44,065 nucleotides of DNA from Methylophilus sp. (GCA_036402395.1 DASWSZ010000133.1:1-44065); one strand, 5' to 3'; numbered from the stretch's first letter, positions 24,558-33,812 are shown. Numbers and translations are program-made. Notes: generated by a model not told the origin, from the letters alone.

Positions 24558-25556
24558 ATGTCTGGTAAAGAACTCTTAGCGCAAGCAGCTCCCAGCATGC
24601 ATAGTCAGCATATGTTTCAGCAGCGGCATAGCCATGATTTTGATGAGCAAGCGACCTTCTTAAGTGGTTGGCATCAAGATTAGCGCCAAATCAGTGCGGG
24701 TCGATTTGAAGGCATGATTTCCGAGCTGCATTGTGATGAAATAAGCTTATTTTGGGAGTACACCAGCCAAAGCTTGTATCAACAGGGCTGCTTAGAGCCT
24801 GACAAAATTGCCATAGGCATTCCGCTCAGTCATTTAAGTCATGGCCTATTTTGCGGCGCGACGTGTGACAAAAGTGCGCTGCATATGTTCTCGGGTTGCA
24901 GCGGGTTTGAGTTTATTTCGCCACAACAATTAATCATAGGGCTGATTGCAGTGAGCCGTCAGGCGCTGATGCGCCACTTGTCTGCAGATGACCAATATTT
25001 TCTTAATTTACAATGTCAACAAGCGCGCATTGCACGGATACCCTACGCCGCCTATATGCAGCTAGTACATTTAATGAAAACCACATATTACGCGCTAAAA
25101 ATACAGCCACAGTTAGCTAACCACCCACATTTTAGGGATGAAACGACCGAGCGCATTACGCAGTTGATTTGCGCTAGCTTGCTCAATAATCAGCAGCCCA
25201 TGGAGGTGTTCCGACACAAATCGTGGGATGTGTTAGCCATGTCGCGCGCCTTAGTGACGCAGCGTGAAGACAACCCGCCTACTGTGGCCGAGTTATGTGC
25301 GTCGCTCGCCATGAGTCGGCGCAGTGTGCAGTATCATTTTGAACAAACGCTACATATCAGCCCTGTGGCGTTTTTGCGCGCGCATAGACTGAATGGTGTG
25401 CGCCATATGCTTAAAACCGCTAGCTCGGTTACCGAGGCCGCCACCCACTGGGGCTTTTGGCATTTTGGTCATTTTTCGCAAGAGTATAGAAAAATGTTTG
25501 GTGAACTGCCTTCTATTACTTACAAAAGACTGCACCGTCGTAGTAGCTTTAGTTAG
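24558..25556 (+). pseudogene. EutR-like AraC/XylS family regulator interrupted by in-frame TAG at 24681-24683
   Basis: ATG 24558 is in frame with the track ORF 24714-25556. It reads ...HDFDEQATFLSGWHQD*RQISAGRFEG..., the EutR-type N-terminus. C-terminal AraC HTH is intact (SVTEAATHWGFWHFGHFSQEYRKMFGELPS). Confidence 0.75.
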
Positions 25557-25663
25557 CTTGCAATCAATGTGCAGTATTCGGTTGTCGATATCTTGCTTGA
25601 GTATGTGGCACTTTGCACAATGAAGTGGATAACCTTCTTCATCGTGCATCGCTAATCAAGGGC

Positions 25664-26554
25664 TTAGAACGTGCGCCCCAACGTTACCACCCAGCGATTA
25701 TCCACTAAGTCTTTAGATTCACCACTACCGTTAAAGCTACTGCCGCCAAAGCCTTGGCTATTCCAATAGCCACTGTCTGATGCGCCTACATAGTACACGC
25801 CTGCATTCCAACCCGCTGATTGCGCCACAGAAAATGCCTTGCTTAAGCCCACTTTGTAATCGGTATAGTCAGGGCTGGTCTCGCCGTTCAGCCCCACTGC
25901 GCCTGGGCCTAATCGAGTTGACATATTGAGTTGGCCGACGTGGCCAATTAATGTGAGCCCATACCAAGGCAAGGGGTAAGCAGCATTAATTTCTATATAG
26001 GTAGAGCCATTAGAATCATCTTTAAAGCCGGTACGTGGGCCAGAACCATACCAATCGCCCAAAGTGACTGAGGCCTTGGCGCTTAACCATTTGTAAGATA
26101 CGCCAAAGTTCACTTCATAGGTATCAAAGCCACCACCACTGACCACCGGCTGACCATTAGCTTTAAAACAGGCCGAACATTTTTCCCAATCGCCACCGGG
26201 GTAAAAATAGCCGATGAGGCCAACGGTATAGCCTAAACCTTCGACGCTAGGAATGGTGCCGTTATAGCCTGCATAAACATCAATTTCAACCGTGGTATCC
26301 ACATAGGTTTGTGGTGACACATTGGATGCCCAAATGCCCGCATAAAAACCACTGCTGTGTGCCACATCCATGCTGCCTTGAATAGCTGGTTTGTGCCAGT
26401 TTTGTGAGACACCGCGGGCGTAATAATCGGACACCAAACCGACACTGGCGGTGGCAGTCCAATCGGATTTCTGTTCTTCTTCAGCTGCATATAACGCTGG
26501 TGCAAAAGCCATTGCCCCAACGATTGCCGCCGTATTCAACATAGTTTGACGCAT
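25664..26554 (-). CDS. TorF/TIGR02001-type putative outer-membrane porin
   Basis: Start ATG 26554 with AGGGGG Shine-Dalgarno; signal peptide; SDYYARGVSQ..PAIQG, GFYAGIWASNV, EIDVYAGY, YTDYKVG; C-terminal Phe (LGRTF). Confidence 0.85.
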   Translation of the reverse strand: MRQTMLNTAAIVGAMAFAPALYAAEEEQKSDWTATASVGLVSDYYARGVSQNWHKPAIQGSMDVAHSSGFYAGIWASNVSPQTYVDTTVEIDVYAGYNGTIPSVEGLGYTVGLIGYFYPGGDWEKCSACFKANGQPVVSGGGFDTYEVNFGVSYKWLSAKASVTLGDWYGSGPRTGFKDDSNGSTYIEINAAYPLPWYGLTLIGHVGQLNMSTRLGPGAVGLNGETSPDYTDYKVGLSKAFSVAQSAGWNAGVYYVGASDSGYWNSQGFGGSSFNGSGESKDLVDNRWVVTLGRTF

Positions 26555-26645
26555 GTGAGCCCCCTGTTTACATAACTTGAATGGAAAGGTGATAACGTGA
26601 ATGTAAAAACGAGCTTCCATCATCCGGCGATGCCGCACTGCACGC

Positions 26646-26660
26646 TATCCCATTTTGGCA
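26646..26660 (-). promoter_or_regulatory. Putative AraC/XylS-type activator site upstream of the porin
   Basis: Minus strand TGCC-AAAATG-GGATA, one mismatch from the XylS/BenR submotif TGCA-N6-GGNTA; about 90 bp upstream of the porin start. Confidence 0.4.
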
Positions 26661-26845
26661 ATCGATATGCTTAGTTGCAGCAGTGCAGGCTTAGAAGAAA
26701 GGTGCTAAATTTATGATAGATAATGATTTTTATGAAGTTGGCGCAAGCAACAACACGCTGCGTCATGATGCTGTTGTTGCTAGATTAAGCGAGGAGAAGA
26801 GAAAATGAGGCTGCACATGTACACGTGCTGCAGGCAGAGCGATAG

Positions 26846-27382
26846 TTAAAAAGGTTTTAAGATGTTAGCGGCCAAGGTAAAGCTGCCAGTGTCATGACCA
26901 ATCAGAATTTCTTCATCTTGGATGGTACAACTGATATTCATACTACGTGCGCAGGCGCTGGTGAGCGCAGCGGTATCGGGCAGATTAATCACGGTTAAAT
27001 TATGTAATTTAAGAAGCGCTTTACTGTTTTGCTGCCACCACATATCAGCAATACGGCCACCGTATAGCACCACCGCCACTTGCGTGGCGCGGCCACAGGC
27101 TTTGCGAATTTCACGTTCATCTGGCAGCCCCACCACCAGCCATAATTGAATGGCGCCAGTGAGGTCTTTGTGCCACACGTCTGGTTCTTCATCATCGCTT
27201 AAACCTTTGGCAAAGCTTAGCGCCTCATTGGCAAACAAGGCAAACGCCATCAGCCGCACCATCATACGTTCTTCGGTTTCGGATGGATGTTTGGCAAGTG
27301 TGAGGCTGTGTTGCGCGTAATAATGCCTATCCATATCAGCAATTTGTAAGTCTGCTTTGTATATCGTGGATTTAAGTGCCAT
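26846..27382 (-). CDS. yaeQ: YaeQ family protein
   Basis: MALKSTIYKA..IADMDRHYY, HPSETEERMMVRL and GLSDDEEPDVW. Confidence 0.93.
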   Translation of the reverse strand: MALKSTIYKADLQIADMDRHYYAQHSLTLAKHPSETEERMMVRLMAFALFANEALSFAKGLSDDEEPDVWHKDLTGAIQLWLVVGLPDEREIRKACGRATQVAVVLYGGRIADMWWQQNSKALLKLHNLTVINLPDTAALTSACARSMNISCTIQDEEILIGHDTGSFTLAANILKPF

Positions 27383-27585
27383 AGTGGTTAAGTGAATAAA
27401 TGAATTGCTTGCGATGATACAGCTAAATATGAAAAACTCGCTGTCCGATGTAGCTATAAAACGGTTTAAAGCGAGAACTACACCGGCAAAATCACTTTAT
27501 TTAACAGAGTGGTTTATATGACTAAGGAATACTATTATCATTGACTCACTACATTGCAATAACGTTTTCTAATTAGGTATACATT

Positions 27586-28800
27586 ATGGATGACCAAACC
27601 TTTATCGGACGCCAACCGGTAGTTGATGCAAAACAGCAAATCATCGGCTATGAGTTTTTCTTTAGGCACAGTGCAGACGCGCAAAACGCGGTATTTGAAC
27701 AAGACATTAAAAACTGCGCCAATGTCTTGCTGTCCACCATAGACCAAATGCATGATGAATGGAAACTCGGCGAAAAACTGGCATTTATTAACGTCAACGA
27801 GATCATGCTGCACAGTGAAATGATAGAGCTGATGCCGCCAGAAAAAACCGTACTAGAAATTTTAAGTACGGTGGTGGTGAGCGAGCCGGTGCTGCAACGC
27901 GTGGCGCAATTACGTAGTTTAAAATACAAAATTTCATTGGATAATCCACAACAGAGTAATGCGCCGTTGGCTTTGGCTAAGTTGGCCGACTTTATCAAAA
28001 TTGATTGCCATAGCTATACCGTGCCTGAACTTAAAAAATTCTATGCGCAATACAACTCGCCCAATGTCAAACTGGTAGCCGAGAAAGTAGAAACCATAGA
28101 ACAGTTTGAAAATTGCAAAGAGATAGGCTTTAAAACGTATCAAGGGTACTACTTTTCACATCCGGTCACGCTCACGGCTAAAGTCATTAACCCGTCGTTT
28201 GACAGCGTACTGAATATCCTTAATCTGGTGAGTCAGGATGCAGACAACTCAGTCATCGAAGCGGGCTTTAAACGTGATGCCACGCTGACATTTAAGTTGT
28301 TGCGCTACATTAACTCGGTCGGCTTTGGCTTATCGTGCGAGGTACAGTCGCTCAACCATGCCTTTTCTATTTTAGGCAGAAACCAGCTGTATCGCTGGCT
28401 CACCCTGCTCATGGTCACGGCTGGCAATAACTCAACCTCACCGGTGTTGATGAAAACCTCTATCACGCGTGGCCGCTTAACCGAGCTATTGGGCGAAGGC
28501 TATTTTGAAAAACATGACCGCGACAACTTATTTATAGTTGGCGTGTTCTCCATGCTAGATGCCATCCTTAAAATGCCGATGGAATCTGTGCTCGAAAAAT
28601 TGCAATTGTCTGAACCGATTATGGATGCGCTCACTAGCCGCACAGGCATTTATGGGCCGTTTTTAAAGTTAACCGAAGCCTGTGAAGTCGCCAACAGTGA
28701 CGAGATTTTGGCCTTGGCCGAGGCCTTGCAGCTGGATGCCGCCAAGGTCAATCAACGCCATATTGAAGCGCTGGCATGGACAGAATCGCTGGGTATTTAA
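27586..28800 (+). CDS. EAL and HDOD domain protein (YuxH/PdeH-like, degenerate EAL)
   Basis: FIGRQPV..GYEFFFR, LAFIN, AEKVET, QGYYFSHP, then HDOD (LTFKLLRYINS, GVFSMLDA). Confidence 0.88.
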   Translation: MDDQTFIGRQPVVDAKQQIIGYEFFFRHSADAQNAVFEQDIKNCANVLLSTIDQMHDEWKLGEKLAFINVNEIMLHSEMIELMPPEKTVLEILSTVVVSEPVLQRVAQLRSLKYKISLDNPQQSNAPLALAKLADFIKIDCHSYTVPELKKFYAQYNSPNVKLVAEKVETIEQFENCKEIGFKTYQGYYFSHPVTLTAKVINPSFDSVLNILNLVSQDADNSVIEAGFKRDATLTFKLLRYINSVGFGLSCEVQSLNHAFSILGRNQLYRWLTLLMVTAGNNSTSPVLMKTSITRGRLTELLGEGYFEKHDRDNLFIVGVFSMLDAILKMPMESVLEKLQLSEPIMDALTSRTGIYGPFLKLTEACEVANSDEILALAEALQLDAAKVNQRHIEALAWTESLGI

Positions 28801-28829
28801 ACATTAATAATTGATTTAGTTTTGCGTTT

Positions 28830-28854
28830 AGAGGTGCGGTCGCACCTCTTTTTT
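28830..28854 (+). terminator. Rho-independent terminator
   Basis: AGAGGTGCG-GT-CGCACCTCT-TTTTT. Confidence 0.8.
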
Positions 28855-28946
28855 ACGCCCGCAATTAAGCGCTAAACGCATAATCCCATAGGCATTTACA
28901 GCGCATTGCAGTAAGCTTGCATTTTTCAAATTCAAAGTACTTCATC

Positions 28947-30611
28947 ATGGCTCAATATGTAATGTCTATGCTGCGCGTCAGCAAAATCGTGCCACCCAAA
29001 CGGCAAATCATTAAAGATATTTCTCTGTCATTTTTCCCCGGCGCCAAAATTGGTTTGCTTGGTTTAAACGGCTCGGGTAAATCTACCGTGCTGCGCATTA
29101 TGGCGGGTGTAGACAAAGAATTTGAAGGCGAAGTACAGCATTTGCCGAATATTTCCATCGGCTACTTAGCGCAAGAGCCTTTATTAGATGCCGACAAAAC
29201 CGTACGCGAAGAAGTGGAAAGCGGTATGGGCGAAGTGATGCAGGCGCAGGCCATGTTAGAGGCCGTGTATGCTGCCTATGCCGAGCCCGATGCGGATTTT
29301 GATAAATTGGCGGAAGAACAAGCCAAGTACGAAAATATTATTGCTGCCAGCGGCAGCGATGTAGAACATCAATTAGAAATTGCTGCAGATGCACTACGCT
29401 TACCCCCGTGGGATGCCAAAATTGGCCCATTATCTGGCGGTGAAAAGCGCCGCGTAGCTTTGTGCAAATTGCTATTATCAAAACCAGATATGTTGCTATT
29501 AGACGAACCAACCAACCATTTGGATGCGGAATCGGTGGAATGGCTGGAGCAATTTTTGGTGCGTTTCCCCGGCACGGTGGTGGCGGTGACGCATGATAGA
29601 TACTTTTTAGACAACGCCGCGGAATGGATTTTAGAGCTGGATCGCGGCCATGGCATACCGTGGAAAGGCAATTACTCAAGCTGGTTAGACCAAAAGCAAG
29701 AGCGCTTAAAACAAGAAGAATCACAAGAATCGGCACGCCGCAAAGCCTTAAATACCGAGTTGGAATGGGTGCGCCAAAACCCGAAAGCGCGCCAAGCCAA
29801 AAGTAAATCGCGTATCGCGCGCTACGAAGAACTGGCTAGCGCTGAATACCAAAAACGCAACGAAACACAGGAGATTTTTATCCCCGCTGGTGAGCGTTTG
29901 GGCGACCAAGTCATTGAATTTAACAATGTTAGCAAAGCGTTTAAAGACCGCTTGCTCATCGACAACTTAAGCTTTAGCGTGCCTGCTGGCGCGATTGTTG
30001 GCATTATCGGCCCCAATGGTGCCGGTAAATCCACGCTGTTTAAAATGATTATGGGGCTAGAAACGCCTGATAGCGGCGAAGTGAGTATTGGGCAAACCGT
30101 TAAGTTGGCCTATGTAGACCAAAGCCGCGACGATTTGGGCAATACCAAAACGGTGTTTGAAGAAATCGCCAACGGTTCGGATATCTTAACGGTGGGCCGC
30201 TACGAAACGCCAAGCCGCGCTTATATTGGCCGCTTTAACTTTAAAGGCGGCGATCAGCAAAAAATCGTCGGTCAATTATCGGGCGGTGAACGCGGGCGCT
30301 TGCATCTAGCCAAAACGCTGATTTCTGGCGGCAATGTGTTGTTGCTGGATGAACCTTCAAACGACTTGGATGTGGAAACCTTGCGCGCGCTAGAAGATGC
30401 GCTCTTAGAGTTTGCTGGCTGTGTCATGGTGATCTCGCATGACCGCTGGTTCTTGGATAGAATCGCCACGCATATTTTGGCGGCAGAAGGCGATTCACAA
30501 TGGACGTTCTTTAACGGCAACTATCAGGAGTACGAAGCGGATAAGCGTAAACGATTGGGTGAAGAAGGTGCAAAACCAAAACGCATACGCTTTAGACCGA
30601 TTGCAAGATAA
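28947..30611 (+). CDS. ettA: Energy-dependent translational throttle protein EttA (ABC-F)
   Basis: MAQYVMSMLRVSKIVPPKRQI, two ABC cassettes (GLNGSGKS and GPNGAGKS), PtIM linker ELEWVRQNPKARQAKSKSR. Confidence 0.97.
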   Translation: MAQYVMSMLRVSKIVPPKRQIIKDISLSFFPGAKIGLLGLNGSGKSTVLRIMAGVDKEFEGEVQHLPNISIGYLAQEPLLDADKTVREEVESGMGEVMQAQAMLEAVYAAYAEPDADFDKLAEEQAKYENIIAASGSDVEHQLEIAADALRLPPWDAKIGPLSGGEKRRVALCKLLLSKPDMLLLDEPTNHLDAESVEWLEQFLVRFPGTVVAVTHDRYFLDNAAEWILELDRGHGIPWKGNYSSWLDQKQERLKQEESQESARRKALNTELEWVRQNPKARQAKSKSRIARYEELASAEYQKRNETQEIFIPAGERLGDQVIEFNNVSKAFKDRLLIDNLSFSVPAGAIVGIIGPNGAGKSTLFKMIMGLETPDSGEVSIGQTVKLAYVDQSRDDLGNTKTVFEEIANGSDILTVGRYETPSRAYIGRFNFKGGDQQKIVGQLSGGERGRLHLAKTLISGGNVLLLDEPSNDLDVETLRALEDALLEFAGCVMVISHDRWFLDRIATHILAAEGDSQWTFFNGNYQEYEADKRKRLGEEGAKPKRIRFRPIAR

Positions 30612-30689
30612 AGCTAATTACGTTGTTATCCCGACCCGACTTGCCGAACTAATTGTAATGTCTGCGTCGCGATGCCTTGTACTCAGCTT
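30611..30689 (-). repeat. Structured intergenic palindromic element, copy 4 (ettA-SDR)
   Basis: Minus strand AAGCTGAGTAC-AAGGC-ATCGCGAC-GCAGACA-TTAC-AATTA-GTTC-GGCAA-GTCGGGTCGGGAT-AACAAC-GTAATTAGCTT. Confidence 0.65.
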
Positions 30690-30716
30690 ATTTGATGCAC
30701 CTAGGCGGGTCTTACA

Positions 30717-30742
30717 GTAGGGTGGGTCATTTGCTGACCCAC
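30717..30742 (+). repeat. GTAG-family REP-like palindrome
   Basis: GTAG-G-GTGGGTCA-TTTGC-TGACCCAC: GTAG tetranucleotide followed by a perfect 8-bp stem. Confidence 0.55.
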
Positions 30743-30776
30743 AAGCAACATTGACTTGCACCGCAGTGACACAGAG

Positions 30777-30806
30777 AAAAGCTAGACAACTTGAAGCTGG
30801 CTTTTT
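30777..30806. terminator. Probable bidirectional terminator between ettA and SDR
   Basis: AAAAGCTAG...CTGGCTTTTT with A and T flanks. Confidence 0.5.
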
Positions 30807-31606
30807 TATTCGTTAGGTTGCCTAGATTTATGCGGTGCATTTTTCATTAACGTATCCCACAACAGTGGTGGAATAAAGCGCATCAACCTTGCCACAATGC
30901 CCATTTGCCATGGGATGACGGTAAAGCGCTTTTTGCGCTCTACTGCATTGGCAAACTGGTTGGCAAAGTCTTCCACTTCCATCAAAAACGGCATGGGGTA
31001 AGTGTTGATATCGGTCATCGGTGTGCGGATATAGCCGGGGGCGATGGTGGTGACGCTAATATCGTACAGCTGCATTTCTATCCGTAAGCTTTCTAGATAG
31101 CTAATGGCCGCCGCTTTGCTGGCGCTGTAAGCACCCCCACCCGGCAAGCCGCGTATACCAGCCACGCTGGCCACACCCACTAGCTGCGCTTGTTCGCCAG
31201 TCAGTCTGGCAGCTTTCATGGCGGCGATAAAGGGTTGAAAAGTATGCACCATGCCCAACACGTTAATATCCATCACCGCTTGAAACGCCGTAATGTCTTC
31301 TTGATACTCTGTTAACGTACCGCGGCTTACACCGGCATTGGCAATGACAATATGCGGGGCGCCAAAGCGACGCATAAAATCTTCTGCGGCCTCTGCCAAT
31401 GCGGCATGGTCACGCACATCGCACATATAAATTGCACACTCGACTTGGTATTGATTTTTTAAGATATTGGCAATGCCTTGTAAGTACTCACTTCGCCTGC
31501 CTACCAAACCTATGAATGCACCGGTCTTAGCGTAGCGCTTTGCATACTCATGAGCAAGTGCAAGGCCAATGCCGCTGGTAGCGCCTGTGATGAATATTTT
31601 TTTCAT
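30806..31606 (-). CDS. SDR family oxidoreductase
   Basis: TGATSGIG Rossmann motif, NAG, YSASK catalytic YxxxK and PGYI; start ATG 31606. Confidence 0.92.
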   Translation of the reverse strand: MKKIFITGATSGIGLALAHEYAKRYAKTGAFIGLVGRRSEYLQGIANILKNQYQVECAIYMCDVRDHAALAEAAEDFMRRFGAPHIVIANAGVSRGTLTEYQEDITAFQAVMDINVLGMVHTFQPFIAAMKAARLTGEQAQLVGVASVAGIRGLPGGGAYSASKAAAISYLESLRIEMQLYDISVTTIAPGYIRTPMTDINTYPMPFLMEVEDFANQFANAVERKKRFTVIPWQMGIVARLMRFIPPLLWDTLMKNAPHKSRQPNE

Positions 31607-31720
31607 AGCAATAAGTATAAAGGATGCAGACACCATATTGCGCCAGCCTGCGCAATATATAAGATTGGGTTAGAATGCGTTATAGCTGGTGATTTAAAAT
31701 TTGGGATTGGGGAAAAGTCT

Positions 31721-32095
31721 GTGAATTTAGAAAAAGTAATTTTTGGTTTTTTTATCATTTTAGCCATGACACTTAACTTTGGGTTTTTTGTTGGCGATAT
31801 CGATAACCCCAATCACCATTTGCACTATGAGTTGTATATAGCGATTGTGGTCAATTTAATCGCCACCATCCTTAAATTTGGTGACCGTACACAAATTGGC
31901 GCAATCCACTTGGCGACCAGCTTGGTGGCCGATATTCAACTGATTGCAGCTGCCATTATTTGGAGCGCAGCAGGCGTGGACGGCAATAATCCACAAGTCA
32001 TCGTCGGCGTGGTCTCGCTGTCTGGTGGTGCATTCTTGGCCAATATCACTTCCGTTGTTCTGCTCATCTACGAAACCGTGACGCTACGCCGTTAA
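31721..32095 (+). CDS. DUF6394-like small integral membrane protein (124 aa)
   Basis: GTG start with G-rich Shine-Dalgarno; MNLEKVIFGFFI..TLNFGFF, KFGDRTQIGA..LATSLVAD; about 4 TM. Family name recalled, not HMM-checked. The track's 31550 start overlaps the SDR and is unlikely. Confidence 0.75.
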   Translation: MNLEKVIFGFFIILAMTLNFGFFVGDIDNPNHHLHYELYIAIVVNLIATILKFGDRTQIGAIHLATSLVADIQLIAAAIIWSAAGVDGNNPQVIVGVVSLSGGAFLANITSVVLLIYETVTLRR

Positions 32096-32117
32096 TGCAC
32101 AAACGACTGATACAGTT

Positions 32118-33812
32118 GTGAATCTCAATAATATTATCTTTATGATACTTAGGCGCATGCGTGCGCCTTTGTTGCTCATCGTTGTCAGCTATGCCATTGC
32201 TTTAATTGGGTTTGTCATGATTCCCGGCATGGATAATGTAGGCAAACCCTATTACCTGAGTTTTTTTGAAGCGTTTTATATTTTAAGTTATACCGCCACC
32301 ACCATCGGTTTTGGCGAGATTCCTTACGCGTTTACCAATGACCAGCGCTTGTGGATGACGTTTTGTATTTATATGACGGTGATTGCGTGGTTTTACGCCA
32401 TCGGTGCCATTATTACTTTGTTTCAAGACCCAGCGCTTAAGCAAGGCATCACCGCCGCCAATTTTCGCCGCGTGGTCAAAAATCTGCACGAGCCGTTTTA
32501 CCTGATTTGCGGCTATGGTGAAACCGGTAGCGAACTAGTGCGCGCGTTGGATAAAAACGAACTGCGGGTGGTGGTGGTAGAAATTCAGCAAGACCGTGTG
32601 CATGAGCTGGGTATGACGGATTATCAATTTAATGTGCCCTACTTGTGTGCCGATGCCAAAATGCCAGACATTTTGCTCAGTGCCGGCTTAAGCAACCCCA
32701 TGTGTCAAGGGGTTGCAGCATTAACCGATGATGACCATGCCAATCTGGCGATTGCAGTGGCGGTAAAGCTGATTAAGCCCGACCTCCGCGTACTCGCGCG
32801 CGTACAGAACGATGTAATTGCTGCCAATATGGCGTCATTTGGCACCAACCATATTATTAATCCCTACAAGATATTTGCTGAACATTTAGCCATGGAAGTC
32901 AATTGCTTAGGCACCTACCTACTGCACGAGTGGCTGACGCGGGTGCCGGGTGATATTGTAGAAGTGCCGTCGGCGGTACCGGCTGGTAAGTGGATAGTCT
33001 GCGGTTATGGCCGCTTTGGTAAATCGGTAGTGCAAAGTTTACAGCGCGAGAACATGCACATTACCATCATCGAGGCTGATCCTGTCGGTACCGCCTGTTT
33101 GGAATGTATTGTGGGCAGTGGTGTCGAGGCGCATGTATTAGAGCAAGCGGGCATTCATGACGCGGTGGGCATCGTGGCGGGTACGGACAATGACATTAAT
33201 AACTTATCTATAGTAATGACGGCGCAGGAGCTTAACCCCAATTTGTTTGTCATTGCGCGTAAAAATAAGCGCCATAACGAGCCTTTGTTTGAACATTCCA
33301 ATGCCGACATTATGATGCAACCCAGCGATATTATTGCGCACACCTGCTTGTCGTATATGGTATCGCCCATGTTGTCAGAGTTCTTGGCCTTGTCGCGCGC
33401 GCACAGCAATGCTTGGGCTAATAGTGTCATCGCGCGCTTAGTCTCAGCCGTCGGTGAGCGCGTGCCAGACACTTGGGGCATACGCGTAGAGCCCGCGCAT
33501 GCCTTAGCCCTGTGTCAGTTACTCAAAGATGGCGTAACGGTATTGCTTAAGCACCTCATTATGAACCCCGGCAGTGGCGAAACGCATTTAGCCATTGTGC
33601 CGATTATGCTGGTGCGCGGCGAAGAAAACATTATGTTGCCAGATTTAGAGACTGAGATTCAGCTGGGTGACCGCATTTTATGTTGTGGCCAAGACAGCGC
33701 CAAATCGGTACAAAAATACCTAATTAACGATGTGCGCACCATTAGTTACTTGGTGACAGGCAAAGAACTGCCAGATACGCTGATTGGACGCTGGTTGTCT
33801 AAAAAAGCGTAG
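32118..33812 (+). CDS. Potassium channel protein with two RCK (TrkA-N) domains
   Basis: TM-pore-TM with filter TTIGFGE, two GxGxxG motifs (CGYGETG and CGYGRFG), TrkA-C-like tail. Confidence 0.88.
   Translation: MNLNNIIFMILRRMRAPLLLIVVSYAIALIGFVMIPGMDNVGKPYYLSFFEAFYILSYTATTIGFGEIPYAFTNDQRLWMTFCIYMTVIAWFYAIGAIITLFQDPALKQGITAANFRRVVKNLHEPFYLICGYGETGSELVRALDKNELRVVVVEIQQDRVHELGMTDYQFNVPYLCADAKMPDILLSAGLSNPMCQGVAALTDDDHANLAIAVAVKLIKPDLRVLARVQNDVIAANMASFGTNHIINPYKIFAEHLAMEVNCLGTYLLHEWLTRVPGDIVEVPSAVPAGKWIVCGYGRFGKSVVQSLQRENMHITIIEADPVGTACLECIVGSGVEAHVLEQAGIHDAVGIVAGTDNDINNLSIVMTAQELNPNLFVIARKNKRHNEPLFEHSNADIMMQPSDIIAHTCLSYMVSPMLSEFLALSRAHSNAWANSVIARLVSAVGERVPDTWGIRVEPAHALALCQLLKDGVTVLLKHLIMNPGSGETHLAIVPIMLVRGEENIMLPDLETEIQLGDRILCCGQDSAKSVQKYLINDVRTISYLVTGKELPDTLIGRWLSKKA

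Noticed and set aside
24681-24683. Pyrrolysine or genome-wide amber recoding
   Set aside because: Several conserved genes in the window terminate with TAG at the expected position, and no pyl genes are seen.
25624-25706. One-mismatch DnaA boxes near the porin 3' end
   Set aside because: Isolated, far from the origin cluster, and expected by chance.
26555-26700. Riboswitch (for example guanidine) in the porin leader
   Set aside because: Short stems are present, but I could not match the conserved nucleotides of any riboswitch class. An Rfam scan would be decisive.
31550-31720. Long N-terminal extension of the DUF6394-like ORF in the track
   Set aside because: Overlaps the divergent SDR start; GTG at 31721 has a Shine-Dalgarno and begins the hydrophobic domain.
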